This document shows positions 31,915 through 42,071 of a stretch of 64,000 nucleotides of DNA, piece by piece. The stretch covers positions 1,792,001 to 1,856,000 of the forward strand of contig OY970320.1 in the NCBI GenBank assembly GCA_963716745.1. The letters are read 5' to 3'. Position numbers and translations under genes: made by a program. The notes under the pieces are model-generated. The model was not told the origin of the DNA. It saw only the letters and a list, made by a program, of their open reading frames with translations, and did no database searches. Each line of letters starts with the position of its first letter. Position 1 is the stretch's first letter. This stretch comes from an uncultured Gemmatimonadaceae bacterium (lineage in GTDB: Bacteria > Gemmatimonadota > Gemmatimonadetes > Gemmatimonadales > Gemmatimonadaceae).

Positions 31915-33573
31915 CGCGCCGGCGCGGCGTTCATCCGCGCGAGGTCGGCTAGGAACGCGTTGGGCGACAGCGGACGGCCGAGCAGATCCTCAATGACCTG
32001 CCGCGAGGACCGCTCGAGACCGAACCGGTAGAGTCGCGGCGCGAGCCAGCCGTACCAGGCCGTGTCGCCGAGCGCGAAGTCGCCATGCAGTTCGATCACG
32101 CGCGCGCGGATGTCGGCGATGACGATCGCACCGATCGCGTAATTCGACATGTAACCGGGGATGTCGACGAGCTGGCCGCGCCGCGCCCACCAGGAGAGTT
32201 CGGGATGGGGCGTGATGCGCAGGTACTGCGATGTGAGCTGCGTCCACACCGCGTTGGGATCCGAGCCCGGTTTCTCGTGCATGCGGATCTCGAAGAGCGA
32301 CCAGCACACATCCATCATGATCGCGGCGTAGCGCGACCGCATGTCATCCGCGAGCGGCGCGGCGTCGCCGAGCCATTTCTTCTGCCACGCCGGCTCATCC
32401 ACCTCGAGGGCAGCGATGTCCGCAATGCCTTCGGTGAATGCGTCGTCGTCCGGCCAATCGAGGAATGCGGGCCGCGTGCGGATGGCCGCGATATGGATCG
32501 CATGGCCGGTCTCATGCATCAGTTCCGCGAGATTGCCGAGCCCGCCGTAGCGGTACGTCGCGAAGATCCACTCGTCGCCGCGCTCCCATGAGTCGCCGGT
32601 GCGGCGTGCGCGGCGTCCGAACGTCGTATACGCGACAGGCGTCTTCCCTTCACGCGGCTCCAGATCGTAGCGCACCTGGAGTGTGTCGAGATTGGCGCCA
32701 AGCGACCGGTAGTAGGCGGCGTTGATCGCGGTGAGGCCCTGCTTGCGAGATGCGCGCATCGAGCCGCCGGTCGGCGCGGCCCGCCACATAGTCGTAGTCC
32801 CATGGCTCGATCATGGAGTCGGGCGTCACGTCGTGCCATCGCTGCAAGAGCGCGACGAGCCATGATTCCATCAGTGCGGGATCGACGCCCACCGCGGTCG
32901 CGGCGTCGGCCACAGGCGATCCGTGTTCCTGCCAGCGCTTCGCGCTCAACGGCACCATCACGCGGTACGGACTCGCGGGGCCGTCGTCCCCGTTCATCGT
33001 CGCGAACATCGGCTCGAGCGACAGGAAGAGCCGCCGGCGCAGCGCCGAGTCCGGCGTGGTGGTGAGACGTCCGAGCACGGTGAGTCGGTCGAGACGTTCG
33101 CCCTCGAAGATCACATTGCGCGCGGCGTAGCCGTAGCACGCGTAGATGCGCGACGAGAGGGAATCGAGTCCGTTGGGGCGTGCGGCGATCGCGGCGGGAT
33201 CGTAGTCGCACTTCGGGCGTGCCGTGTCGGGCACTTCGGCCGCGGCCGCGGCGGCGAGTTCACCGGCCGCCGTGCTTCGCATCGTGCGCAGCGCGCGACG
33301 GTCGAGCGAATCGAGCGGCACACTGTCCACCGCGCGCAGCAGCGCGCCGAGCACATCGCGCTCATGAGGGTACGCGCGCGCGACGGCGGCGAGCGAGCCG
33401 CCGCTCTCGACGCGTTCCACGCCGCGTGCACGCGCGACATCCATTTCATCCTTGAGCGCGCGCACGGTCTGGTATTGCAGCTCCGCCGCCGCGAGCGGCG
33501 CCGGCGTCTGCGCGGCGGCCAGGCTCGAGAGGGCCGCGACCGCGGCGAGCGGGCAGATCACGAGGCGTCGCAT
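31911..33573 (-). CDS. Exported gluzincin metallopeptidase (M3/M2-like), frameshifted near 32745
   Basis: Signal peptide, EPWDYDY, REGKTP, LMHETGHAIH (HExxH), FTEGIAD, PGYMSNYAIG. The two ORFs join after removing one base. Confidence 0.78.
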
Positions 33574-33694
33574 GCGGTGAGTCTACCGTTCGAGCCGCGG
33601 CTCCACTAGCGCCGCACGCGCGGCCGCCGTGCTTGCGCTCGCACGGGCGCGCCCGCCAATTCCCCAGTCACTTCCCTCACCCCGCGAATCTCTC

Positions 33695-35389
33695 ATGAAA
33701 CGGTCGCTCGTTCTAACATCGGTGGTCCTCGCCGCCTGTGCCACCGCCGGCCACTCGCCCTCGGGCGCAGGCGATACGTACTCGCTCGTCGTCACGCACG
33801 CCAAGATCGTGGACGGCACCGGCAATCCGTGGTTCTACGGCGATGTGGGCGTGCGCGGCGATCGCATCGTGCGCGTCGCACCCGACGGCGCGCTCGCCGA
33901 CGCGCGTGCTGACCAGCGCATCGATGCCAAGGGCCAGGTGCTCGCTCCCGGATTCATCGACATGCAGGGCCAGTCGTACGAATTGCTCAATGGCGATGGC
34001 CGCGACGTCAGCAAGATCACGCAGGGCGTCACCACGGAGATCCTCGGCGAGGGCGACACTCCCGCGCCGGTGAACGACAAGATCCTCGCGACGCTGCCCG
34101 CGAACGACAGCGCCGACCGGCGCACGCTGAGCCAATTCATGGGGCCGCACGGGTTCGGCCAATGGCTGGACGCGATGCAGGCGCACGGCATGTCGGTGAA
34201 CGTCGGCTCCTTCGTCGGCGCCGCGACGGTGCGCGTGTACGCGAAGGGTGAGGCCACGGGCGAACCCAATACGGCCGAGCTCGACACGATGCGCGCCGTG
34301 GTGCGCCGCGCGATGCAGGACGGCGCATTCGGATTCGCCAGCGCGCTCATCTATCCGCCGGGCTCCTTTGCCGGCACGAACGAACTCACCGAGATGGCGA
34401 AGGCGATGGCGCCGTATCACGGCGTCTACATCACGCACATGCGCTCGGAGGAGAACACGCTGCTCGAAGCGATCGATGAAGCGATGGCGATCGGACGCAA
34501 CGGCGGCGTGCCGGTGGAGATATACCACCTGAAGGCCGCCGGTCCGAAGAATTGGTACAAGGCGCCGGCGATGGTCGCGAAGATCGACTCGGCGCGCAAC
34601 GCGGGACAGGACGTCGGCGCCACCATGTATCCCTATTCGGCGAGCGGCAACGGATTGTCGGCGTGCTTGCCGCAGTGGGCGAGCGCCGACGGCAAGCTGA
34701 TGGCGAATCTGAAGGACTCAGCGATGCGCGTGAAGATCATGGCCGCCGCCACCGACACGGGACCGGGCGCGCTCGACCTGTGTCAGGGTCTCGCCGGCCG
34801 GATCATGGTCGTCGGCCTCACGACGCCGACATGGAAGGAGTACGACGGGATGCGCATCGACAAGATCGCCGCCGAGGTGCAACGGCCGTGGATCGATGCG
34901 CTCGTGCAGATCGTCATCGACGAGAACAACCGGCCCGGCAAGATCACGTTCAGCATGACCGAGGAGAACGTGTCCATGCAGCTGGCGCGGCCGTGGGTGC
35001 TGATCGGCACCGACGCCGGCGGATCGGATCCGGACAGCTCGCACGACATCGTGCATCCGCGCGGCTACGGCAGCTATCCGAAGATCCTGGGCCGGTACGT
35101 GCGCGAGCAGCATCTGCTCACGCTCGAGGAAGCCGTTCGGAAGATGAGTTCGGGTCCCGCCGCGCGGCTCTCGCTCTTCGACCGCGGTCTGATCCGCGAG
35201 GGGATGTTCGCCGACCTCGTGCTCTTCGATCCCGCGACCGTGATCGACAAAGCGACCTTCGAGAAACCGCACCAGCTCTCCGTCGGGATCACCGATGTGT
35301 GGGTGAACGGAGTGCGCGTCGTACATAACGGACTGCCGACGGGGGCGAAGCCAGGGGTCGCGGTGAGAGGACCGGGGTGGGCTCCGTAA
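33695..35389 (+). CDS. N-acyl-D-amino-acid deacylase family amidohydrolase, putative lipoprotein
   Basis: Lipobox VLAAC; IVDGTG, LAPGFIDM, YITHMRSE, IYHLKA, HPRGYGSYP, EEAVRKM, DRGLIREGMFADLVLFDP. Confidence 0.9.
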   Translation: MKRSLVLTSVVLAACATAGHSPSGAGDTYSLVVTHAKIVDGTGNPWFYGDVGVRGDRIVRVAPDGALADARADQRIDAKGQVLAPGFIDMQGQSYELLNGDGRDVSKITQGVTTEILGEGDTPAPVNDKILATLPANDSADRRTLSQFMGPHGFGQWLDAMQAHGMSVNVGSFVGAATVRVYAKGEATGEPNTAELDTMRAVVRRAMQDGAFGFASALIYPPGSFAGTNELTEMAKAMAPYHGVYITHMRSEENTLLEAIDEAMAIGRNGGVPVEIYHLKAAGPKNWYKAPAMVAKIDSARNAGQDVGATMYPYSASGNGLSACLPQWASADGKLMANLKDSAMRVKIMAAATDTGPGALDLCQGLAGRIMVVGLTTPTWKEYDGMRIDKIAAEVQRPWIDALVQIVIDENNRPGKITFSMTEENVSMQLARPWVLIGTDAGGSDPDSSHDIVHPRGYGSYPKILGRYVREQHLLTLEEAVRKMSSGPAARLSLFDRGLIREGMFADLVLFDPATVIDKATFEKPHQLSVGITDVWVNGVRVVHNGLPTGAKPGVAVRGPGWAP

Positions 35390-35394
35390 CTACG

Positions 35395-35496
35395 CGGGAA
35401 GCGGGAAGCGGGAAGCGCCGCGGGAGTGCGATAACGCACGAGGACTCCTCGTCGCTGTGCTCGCTTCCCGCGGCGCTTCCCGCTTCCCGCTTCCCG
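35395..35496. repeat. Perfect 31-bp inverted repeat made of GCGGGAA heptamers between convergent genes
   Basis: 35395-35425 is the exact reverse complement of 35466-35496; inner hairpin ACGAGGA-C-TCCTCGT. Confidence 0.9.
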
Positions 35497-37174
35497 TCAG
35501 TTCCGTACGAGCTTTCTGATATTTCAGCCGATGCGGCTGATCCGCATCCGCTCCCTTCCGCTTGTGCAGATCATCGATGTACGCGGCGTAATTCCCCTCG
35601 AACCACACCACTTCGCTGTCGCCCTCGAAGGCGAGCATGTGCGTGGCGACGCGGTCGAGGAACCACCGGTCGTGTGAGATGATCACCGCGCAGCCCGCGA
35701 AGTCGAGCATCGCATCTTCGAGCGCGCGCAGCGTGTCCACATCCAGATCGTTCGTCGGCTCGTCGAGCAACAGGAGATTGCCGCCGGCCTTCAGCACGTT
35801 CGCGAGATGCAGCCGGTTGCGTTCGCCGCCGGAGAGGTCCTTCACCTTCTTCTGCTGATCGGCGCCGCGGAAATTGAAGCTCGCCAGGTACGCGCGCGCG
35901 TTCATCTCCTTGTTGCCCACCGCGATCGTCTCCTGGTTGCCGCAGACTTCCTGGAACACGGTGTTCGCGGCATTCAGTTCGCGCCCTTGGTCCACATAGG
36001 CGATCTGCACGGTGTCGCCCACGGTGAGCGAGCCGCCGTCGGGCTTCTCCTGATTCGTGATCAACCGGAAGAGCGTCGTCTTGCCGGCGCCGTTCGCGCC
36101 GATCACGCCGACGATCCCGCCGCGCGGGAGCGCGAACGAGAGATTCTCGAAGAGCAGCCGGTCGCCATATCCCTTTTTCAGGTCCTTCGCGATCACGACA
36201 TCGTTGCCCAGCCGCGGCGGCGGCGGGATCACGATCTCATTCTTCGACACGCGCTCGAACGTGTCGGCGGCCGCCAGCTCCTCGTACTTCTGGATGCGCG
36301 CCTTGTTCTTCGCCTGCCGCGCGCGCGGCGCCATGCGCACCCACTCGAGCTCGTGCTCCAGCGTGCGCTGCCGCGCGCTCGCCTGCTTCTCCTCCTGCTT
36401 GAGCCGCGTGCTCTTCTGGTCCAGCCAGCTCGTGTAGTTCCCCTCCCATGGGATGCCCGAGCCCCGGTCCAGCTCGAGGATCCACTTCGCGACGTTGTCC
36501 AGGAAATACCGGTCGTGCGTGATCGCCACCACCGTGCCCGGGAATTCCGCGAGATGCCGCTCGAGCCACGCGACGCTCTCGGCGTCCAAATGATTCGTCG
36601 GTTCATCCAGCAGCAGCATGTCCGGATGCTCGAGCAGCACGCGGCACAGCGCCACACGCCGGCGCTCGCCGCCGGAGAGCTTCGTCACGTTCGCGTCGGC
36701 GGGCGGGCAGCGCAGCGCATCCATCGCGATGTCGATCTGACGGTCCAGCTCCCAGAGATTCTGCGTGTCGATCTGCTCCTGCACACGCCCCTGCTCGTCG
36801 ATGAGTTTCGCCATCGCGTCGTCGCTCATCGGCTCGGCGAATTTCGCGGAGATGTCTTCGAATTTCTTGAGCAGCCCGCGCTGCGCCGACACGGCGAGCT
36901 CGACGTTCCCCTTCACGTCGAGCTTTGGATCCAGCTGCGGCTCCTGCGGCAGATACCCGATCTTCGTCCCCTGCGCCGGCCACGCTTCGCCTTGGAAATC
37001 CTGATCGACGCCGGCCATGATCCGCAGCAGCGTGCTCTTGCCCGCGCCGTTGCCGCCGAGCACGCCGATCTTCGCGCCAGGATAGAACGAGAGCCAGATG
37101 CCGCGCAGGATCTCCCGGCTGGGCGGGACGACCTTGCGCAGGTCCTTCATGACGTAGATGAACTGTGGAGCCAC
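35497..37174 (-). CDS. ettA: Energy-dependent translational throttle protein EttA (ABC-F); last codons frameshifted
   Basis: [23 protein letters not shown], two ABC domains, [33 protein letters not shown]. Removing one A near 35513 gives KYQKLVRN* ending at 35497; as given the frame runs to 35390. Confidence 0.93.
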
Positions 37175-37235
37175 GGGATTCCGGGTTCGGGGGTCTGGAA
37201 ATGTAATCGCCCGCCGTCCCCGATGGCCGAGGCTC

Positions 37236-37715
37236 TTACCAGTCTTTCTTGTACGCCAGTTCCTCAATCCGATACCCGTGCAGCATGTCGTGCAGCAGCA
37301 GGTGCCGGAACATGATGTACACGGTGTACGTGCTGTAATCCGGGTGGCGCGCAGTGCGCGCCCACTGCGCGGGCGTCAGCGTCCGGATCTTCGCCAGGAT
37401 CTCCGTGCGCTCCCTGGCGAATTTCGCCAGCGTCGCGTCGAGATCCATCTTGATCAGCATGTCTTCCGGCTCGGACTCGGGATTGTATGGCACGACTTTC
37501 GCGCCGTCCTCCTTCAGCATCCGTTCGAGCCGGTCGAAGAAGAGTCCGTGCACCGTGCCGAGGTGGCACGCGTGCTCATGCGCGCTCCACTTCTTCGGAG
37601 CCGGCCGCCGCTTCAGGTTCTCGGGCGGCATCTCCCGCAGCATCGGGATGATCATGTTCGGAACGCCCTCCAGTGCGGAGAGCAGTGCGGGAACGTCGTT
37701 CGCCGGTGCTTTCAT
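37236..37715 (-). CDS. DinB-family protein
   Basis: [42 protein letters not shown]. Confidence 0.85.
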   Translation of the reverse strand: MKAPANDVPALLSALEGVPNMIIPMLREMPPENLKRRPAPKKWSAHEHACHLGTVHGLFFDRLERMLKEDGAKVVPYNPESEPEDMLIKMDLDATLAKFARERTEILAKIRTLTPAQWARTARHPDYSTYTVYIMFRHLLLHDMLHGYRIEELAYKKDW

Positions 37716-37818
37716 GTCTCCTCCAGTGACAACGAAGTGCGATGAAGTCACGTATCTTTGTCGCGCGTCTCGCGCAGGATCCAGAGCTGTCAGCCTCCTC
37801 TTCCCCTACAAATAGCTC

Positions 37819-39495
37819 ATGCATCGTCGCCTCGTAATCCTCGCGGCCCTCGCCGCGTTCCCGACCCTCGCCGCGGCCCAGGCGCCACTCCCCCTCAAGC
37901 ACAAGCCGCAACCCACCACGACCGCCATCACCGCCGCGGATCTCATGACGCGGCTCTACATCTTCGCCGACGATTCCATGGCCGGCCGACAGGGCGGCAC
38001 AGAGGGAAATCTCAAGGCGACGGCCTACATCGCCGCCGAGCTGAAGAAGATCGGCCTCACCCCCGCCGGCGATAGCGGGACGTACTTCCAGTATGTGCCG
38101 CTCGTGCGCCGCAGCTTCGCGCCGGTGGACACGCTGCGCGCCGACACCACGTTGCTCATCGCGCCGGCCGACTTCGTCCCGCTCGGCACGCGCGGCACAC
38201 CGCGCCCGCTTGACGGCGTGCGCGTCGTGTACGGCGGCATCTGGGCCGACTCCTCGACGTGGATCTCGCCCGCGCAGGCGGCGGGCAAGCTCGTGGTGTT
38301 CGGCATGGCGCCGGCCGCGGCGGGACAGCGCGTCGCAATCCCATTCCTGCGTGGCAACAGCCGGTTCGCCGGCGCGGCCGGCGTGGCGGTGCTCGGACTC
38401 GAGCGCGCGACGCCCGGCGCGCTCGGCCTCCTCTCGCGCCCGTCCATCGGCATGGCCTCCGGTGCATCGACCGGCGTCGGCTCGCCGCAGATCATGATCA
38501 TCTCGCCGCGCACGGCGCAGTTGCTCATGGGCCGCGCGCTCGATAGCGTGCGCGCCGGCGACAGCGGCACCGTCGTGCACGGCCGCATCGTGCTCAATGA
38601 GCAACCGCTCCTTGCGCGCAATGTCGTCGCGGTACTGCCTGGCAGCGACAAGAAGGTGCGCGGCGAGTACGTCGCGATCGGCGCGCATAGCGATCACATC
38701 GGCGTGCGCGACCGCGCGGTGGACCACGATTCACTCCGCGCCGCGCTCACCGCCGCATGGGTGCTGCGCAATCGCGACATCGAAGCGCCCGCGCCGAGCG
38801 CGGAGGCGATCGCGAGCATCCACGTGAACGTCGACAGCCTGCGCAAGATCCGGCCGCCGCGCCCCGACTCGATCAATAATGGCGCCGATGACGACGGTTC
38901 GGGCTCCGTGGGGTTGCTCGAGATCGCGCAGGCGATGGCCGCGATGAAGCCGCATCCCAAGCGGTCCATACTCTTCGTGTGGCACACCGGCGAAGAACTC
39001 GGCCTGCTCGGCTCGCGGTGGTTCACCGACCACACCACCGTGCCGCGCGACTCGATCGTGGCGCAGCTGAACATCGACATGATCGGCCGCGGCAGCGCGC
39101 TCGACGAGAAGGGCGGCGGCCCATTCTATCTGCAGCTGATCGGCTCGAGGCGCCTCTCGACCGAACTCGGCGACCTCGTCGAAGCGCAGAACAAGAAGCG
39201 CAAACAGCCGTTCACGTTCGATTACACCTTCGACGCGAACGGGCATCCCGAGAATATCTATTGCCGCAGCGACCACGCGAACTACGCGCGCTACGGCATC
39301 CCGATCACCTTCTTCACCACCGGCACGCACCAGGATTATCACCAGCTCACCGACGAGCCGCAGTACATCGACTACACGCATTTCGCGCACGTGACGCAGT
39401 TCATCTTCGACGTGGGCGTGACCGTCGCGAACCTCGACCACCGGATCGTGGTGGACCACCCGCTCCCCGATCCGACGGCCCCATGCCGGCAGTAG
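37819..39495 (+). CDS. Exported M28-family peptidase with PA-like insert
   Basis: Signal peptide, IGAHSDHIG, NGADDDGSG, HTGEELGLLGS, LNIDMIGR, RSDHANY, DYHQLTDE. Confidence 0.93.
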   Translation: MHRRLVILAALAAFPTLAAAQAPLPLKHKPQPTTTAITAADLMTRLYIFADDSMAGRQGGTEGNLKATAYIAAELKKIGLTPAGDSGTYFQYVPLVRRSFAPVDTLRADTTLLIAPADFVPLGTRGTPRPLDGVRVVYGGIWADSSTWISPAQAAGKLVVFGMAPAAAGQRVAIPFLRGNSRFAGAAGVAVLGLERATPGALGLLSRPSIGMASGASTGVGSPQIMIISPRTAQLLMGRALDSVRAGDSGTVVHGRIVLNEQPLLARNVVAVLPGSDKKVRGEYVAIGAHSDHIGVRDRAVDHDSLRAALTAAWVLRNRDIEAPAPSAEAIASIHVNVDSLRKIRPPRPDSINNGADDDGSGSVGLLEIAQAMAAMKPHPKRSILFVWHTGEELGLLGSRWFTDHTTVPRDSIVAQLNIDMIGRGSALDEKGGGPFYLQLIGSRRLSTELGDLVEAQNKKRKQPFTFDYTFDANGHPENIYCRSDHANYARYGIPITFFTTGTHQDYHQLTDEPQYIDYTHFAHVTQFIFDVGVTVANLDHRIVVDHPLPDPTAPCRQ

Positions 39496-39518
39496 GCGAA
39501 CGGTAAGGCGACACTGTC

Positions 39519-39558
39519 AAAGGGGCGGCGGGCCGATCGAGGCCCGCCGCCCCTTTTT
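39519..39558 (+). terminator. Rho-independent terminator
   Basis: AAAGGGGCGGCGGGCC-GATCGA-GGCCCGCCGCCCCTTTTT. Confidence 0.9.
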
Positions 39559-39580
39559 CGCGCCAGCGCTGGGCCAATGC

Positions 39581-39677
39581 TGCACGAATTGTGCACAAAT
39601 CGCATGATTGAGGCGTCGTCGCGCTTCCCGTTTCCCGCTTCCCGCGCTGCTGTTGCATTTTTCGTGCAGTAATTGCA
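39581..39677. promoter_or_regulatory. Candidate operator boxes (TGCA-N7/N5-TGCA) upstream of type III glutamine synthetase
   Basis: TGCACGAATTGTGCA at 39581-39595 and TGCATTTTTCGTGCAGTAATTGCA at 39654-39677, in locally AT-rich DNA. Confidence 0.5.
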
Positions 39678-39728
39678 AATTCCGGCTTACGCTTCGCCGC
39701 CCTCCACGCCTGCCGGAGCCCCACTCAC

Positions 39729-41960
39729 ATGCCCTCGTCCATCTCCAATCCGCGGAAGGCCGCCGTGCAAGAACTCGCGCGCCGGCTCCCGCGGATCGAA
39801 CACGTCCATGCCAACGGGAAAGCGCCGCTCCCGCCCACCTCCGAATACTTCGGCGTCAACACCTTCGGCGTTCGCCAAATGAAGGCGAAGCTGCCCAAGG
39901 AGATCTACACCAAGCTCGCCGCCGCCATTCGCCTCGGGAAGAAACTCGACGTCGACATCGCGCCAACGGTCGCGCAAGTCATCAAGGAATGGGCGATGTC
40001 GCGCGGTGTCACGCATTTCACGCACTGGTTCCAGCCGCAGACGGGACTCACCGCCGAGAAGCACGATGCGTTCCTGAGCTTCGACGAGAAGCTCTCGCCC
40101 ATGGAGAGCTTCTCCGGCGCGCAGCTCATCCAGAGCGAGCCCGATGCATCCAGCTTCCCCTCCGGCGGATTGCGCGCCACGTGGGAAGCGCGCGGCTACA
40201 CCGCGTGGAATCCGGCCAGCCCCGTGTTCATCGTCGAAGGCGGCAACACGCGCACGCTGTGCATTCCCTCGGTGTTCATCGGCTACAACGGCGAAGCGCT
40301 CGACGAGATGACGCCGCTGCTGCGCAGCTCGGACGTCCTCTCCGAGAAGGCGATCGAACTCCTCGAGCTCCTCGGCGACAAGGGCGTGCAGCGCGTGTAC
40401 ACCACGCTCGGACCGGAGCAGGAATATTTCCTCATCGACCGCGTGCACTTCGCGCTGCGCCCCGATCTCGTCATGGGCGGCCGCACGCTCCTCGGCGCGG
40501 CGCCGCCGCGCGGGCAGCAGCTCGAAGACCACTACTTCGGCGGGATCCCCGAGCGCATCCAGGCGTGCATCAGCGAGGTCGAGCACGAGCTCTACAAGCT
40601 CGGCGTGCCGATCGTCACGCGGCATAATGAAGTGGCGCCCTGCCAGTTCGAGATGGCGCCGATGTTCGAGGAGTCCGACCTCGGCGTCGATCACAATCAG
40701 CTCGTGATGGCCGTGCTCCGGCGCGTCGCGATCCGCCACGGGCTGCAAGCGCTGCTGCACGAGAAGCCCTTCGCGGGCATCAACGGCTCAGGCAAGCACT
40801 GCAACTGGTCGATGGCGATCCACGCCGACAACATCGCGCTCGATGGCGTGAACCTGCTCAAGCCCGGCAAGACGCCGCATCAGAACGTGCGCTTCCTGCT
40901 CTTCCTCGCGGCCGTGCTGAAAGCGGTGCACAAGCATTCCGGCCTCCTGCGCGCGAGCGTCGCGAGCTCGGGCAACGAGCACCGGCTCGGCGCGAACGAA
41001 GCGCCGCCCGCGATCATTTCCGTGTTCATGGGCGACACGCTCACGCGGATGATCAACAGCATCGTCGCCGGGAAGGGCGGCTCCACCAACGCGGCGCAGG
41101 CGCTCATCCGCCTCGGCGTGAACAAGCTCCCGGAGATCGAGCGCGACAACACCGATCGGAACCGCACGTCGCCGTTCGCGTTCACGGGGGCGAAGTTCGA
41201 GTTCCGCGCGGTAGGCGGGTCGGCATCGATCGCGTTCCCGGTCATGCTGCTGAACGCGACGGTCGCCGAGGCGCTCACCGAGATCACGTCGGCGCTCCGG
41301 CCCTTGCTCAAGAGCGCCAAATCGGTGGATGACGCGGTGCTCAAGGTCGTGCGCGAGGTGTTCCGCGAGACCGCCGCGATCCGCTTCGAAGGCAACAACT
41401 ACGCGGACGCGTGGGTGAAGGAGGCCGAGAAGCGCGGACTCCCGAACTTCCGGCGGACGCCCGAGGCGCTCGCGCAGATGCTCACCAAGCAGTCGCGCGC
41501 GCTCTTCCAGAAGCTCGGGATCCTCTCAAAGGAGGAACTCGAGTCGCGCTATCACGTGCGCATCGAGCGCTACGTGAAGGACATGATCATCGAGCTCACC
41601 ATGCTGCGCGAGATGGTGGACACGATGGTGCTGCCGGCGTGCTTCAACTACTGCGCGATGCTCGTGGAATCCGCATCGAACGCGAAGAACGCCGGCGTCG
41701 CCGTGATCCCGCAGACCGACACGGCGAACCGCGTGGCGCGCCTGATCCAGCAGCTGCAAACGCGGCGCAATGAACTCGTGAAGGTGATCGAGCAGGTGGA
41801 GGGGATGCACGACGCGCCCGAGAAACAAGCCAAGCTCCTCACGAGCGAAGGCGCCGAGCGGATGGCCGAGGTGCGCGACAGCGCGGACACGCTGGAGCTC
41901 ATCGTAGCGGATGAGCAGTGGCCGCTGCCGAAATACCGGGAGATCCTTTTCCCGGTGTGA
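39729..41960 (+). CDS. Glutamine synthetase type III
   Basis: 743 aa; THFTHWFQPQTGLTAEKHDAF, EPDASSFPSGGLRATWEARGYTAW, GPEQEYFL, HEKPFAGINGSGKHCNWS, HRLGANEAPPAIIS, DRNRTSPFAFTG. Confidence 0.96.
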   Translation: MPSSISNPRKAAVQELARRLPRIEHVHANGKAPLPPTSEYFGVNTFGVRQMKAKLPKEIYTKLAAAIRLGKKLDVDIAPTVAQVIKEWAMSRGVTHFTHWFQPQTGLTAEKHDAFLSFDEKLSPMESFSGAQLIQSEPDASSFPSGGLRATWEARGYTAWNPASPVFIVEGGNTRTLCIPSVFIGYNGEALDEMTPLLRSSDVLSEKAIELLELLGDKGVQRVYTTLGPEQEYFLIDRVHFALRPDLVMGGRTLLGAAPPRGQQLEDHYFGGIPERIQACISEVEHELYKLGVPIVTRHNEVAPCQFEMAPMFEESDLGVDHNQLVMAVLRRVAIRHGLQALLHEKPFAGINGSGKHCNWSMAIHADNIALDGVNLLKPGKTPHQNVRFLLFLAAVLKAVHKHSGLLRASVASSGNEHRLGANEAPPAIISVFMGDTLTRMINSIVAGKGGSTNAAQALIRLGVNKLPEIERDNTDRNRTSPFAFTGAKFEFRAVGGSASIAFPVMLLNATVAEALTEITSALRPLLKSAKSVDDAVLKVVREVFRETAAIRFEGNNYADAWVKEAEKRGLPNFRRTPEALAQMLTKQSRALFQKLGILSKEELESRYHVRIERYVKDMIIELTMLREMVDTMVLPACFNYCAMLVESASNAKNAGVAVIPQTDTANRVARLIQQLQTRRNELVKVIEQVEGMHDAPEKQAKLLTSEGAERMAEVRDSADTLELIVADEQWPLPKYREILFPV

Positions 41961-41992
41961 CCGCGAACGGCGCGTTAGGGATTGGATGAAGC

Positions 41993-42021
41993 TGGGGGCC
42001 GGCGCGTTGCGCCGGCCCCCA
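41993..42021. terminator. Hairpin between the convergent glutamine synthetase genes
   Basis: TGGGGGCCGGCGC-GTT-GCGCCGGCCCCCA; no clear U-tract. Confidence 0.6.
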
Positions 42022-42071
42022 TGTCGTTTCCGATCCCCAACGCGCCGTTTGCGGTACCAGTCCCGCCGTCT

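Noticed and set aside
35390..35500. EttA tail with GSGKREA repeats
   Set aside because: It is a translation of the heptamer repeat after a +1 frameshift; the corrected end KLVRN* is EttA-like.
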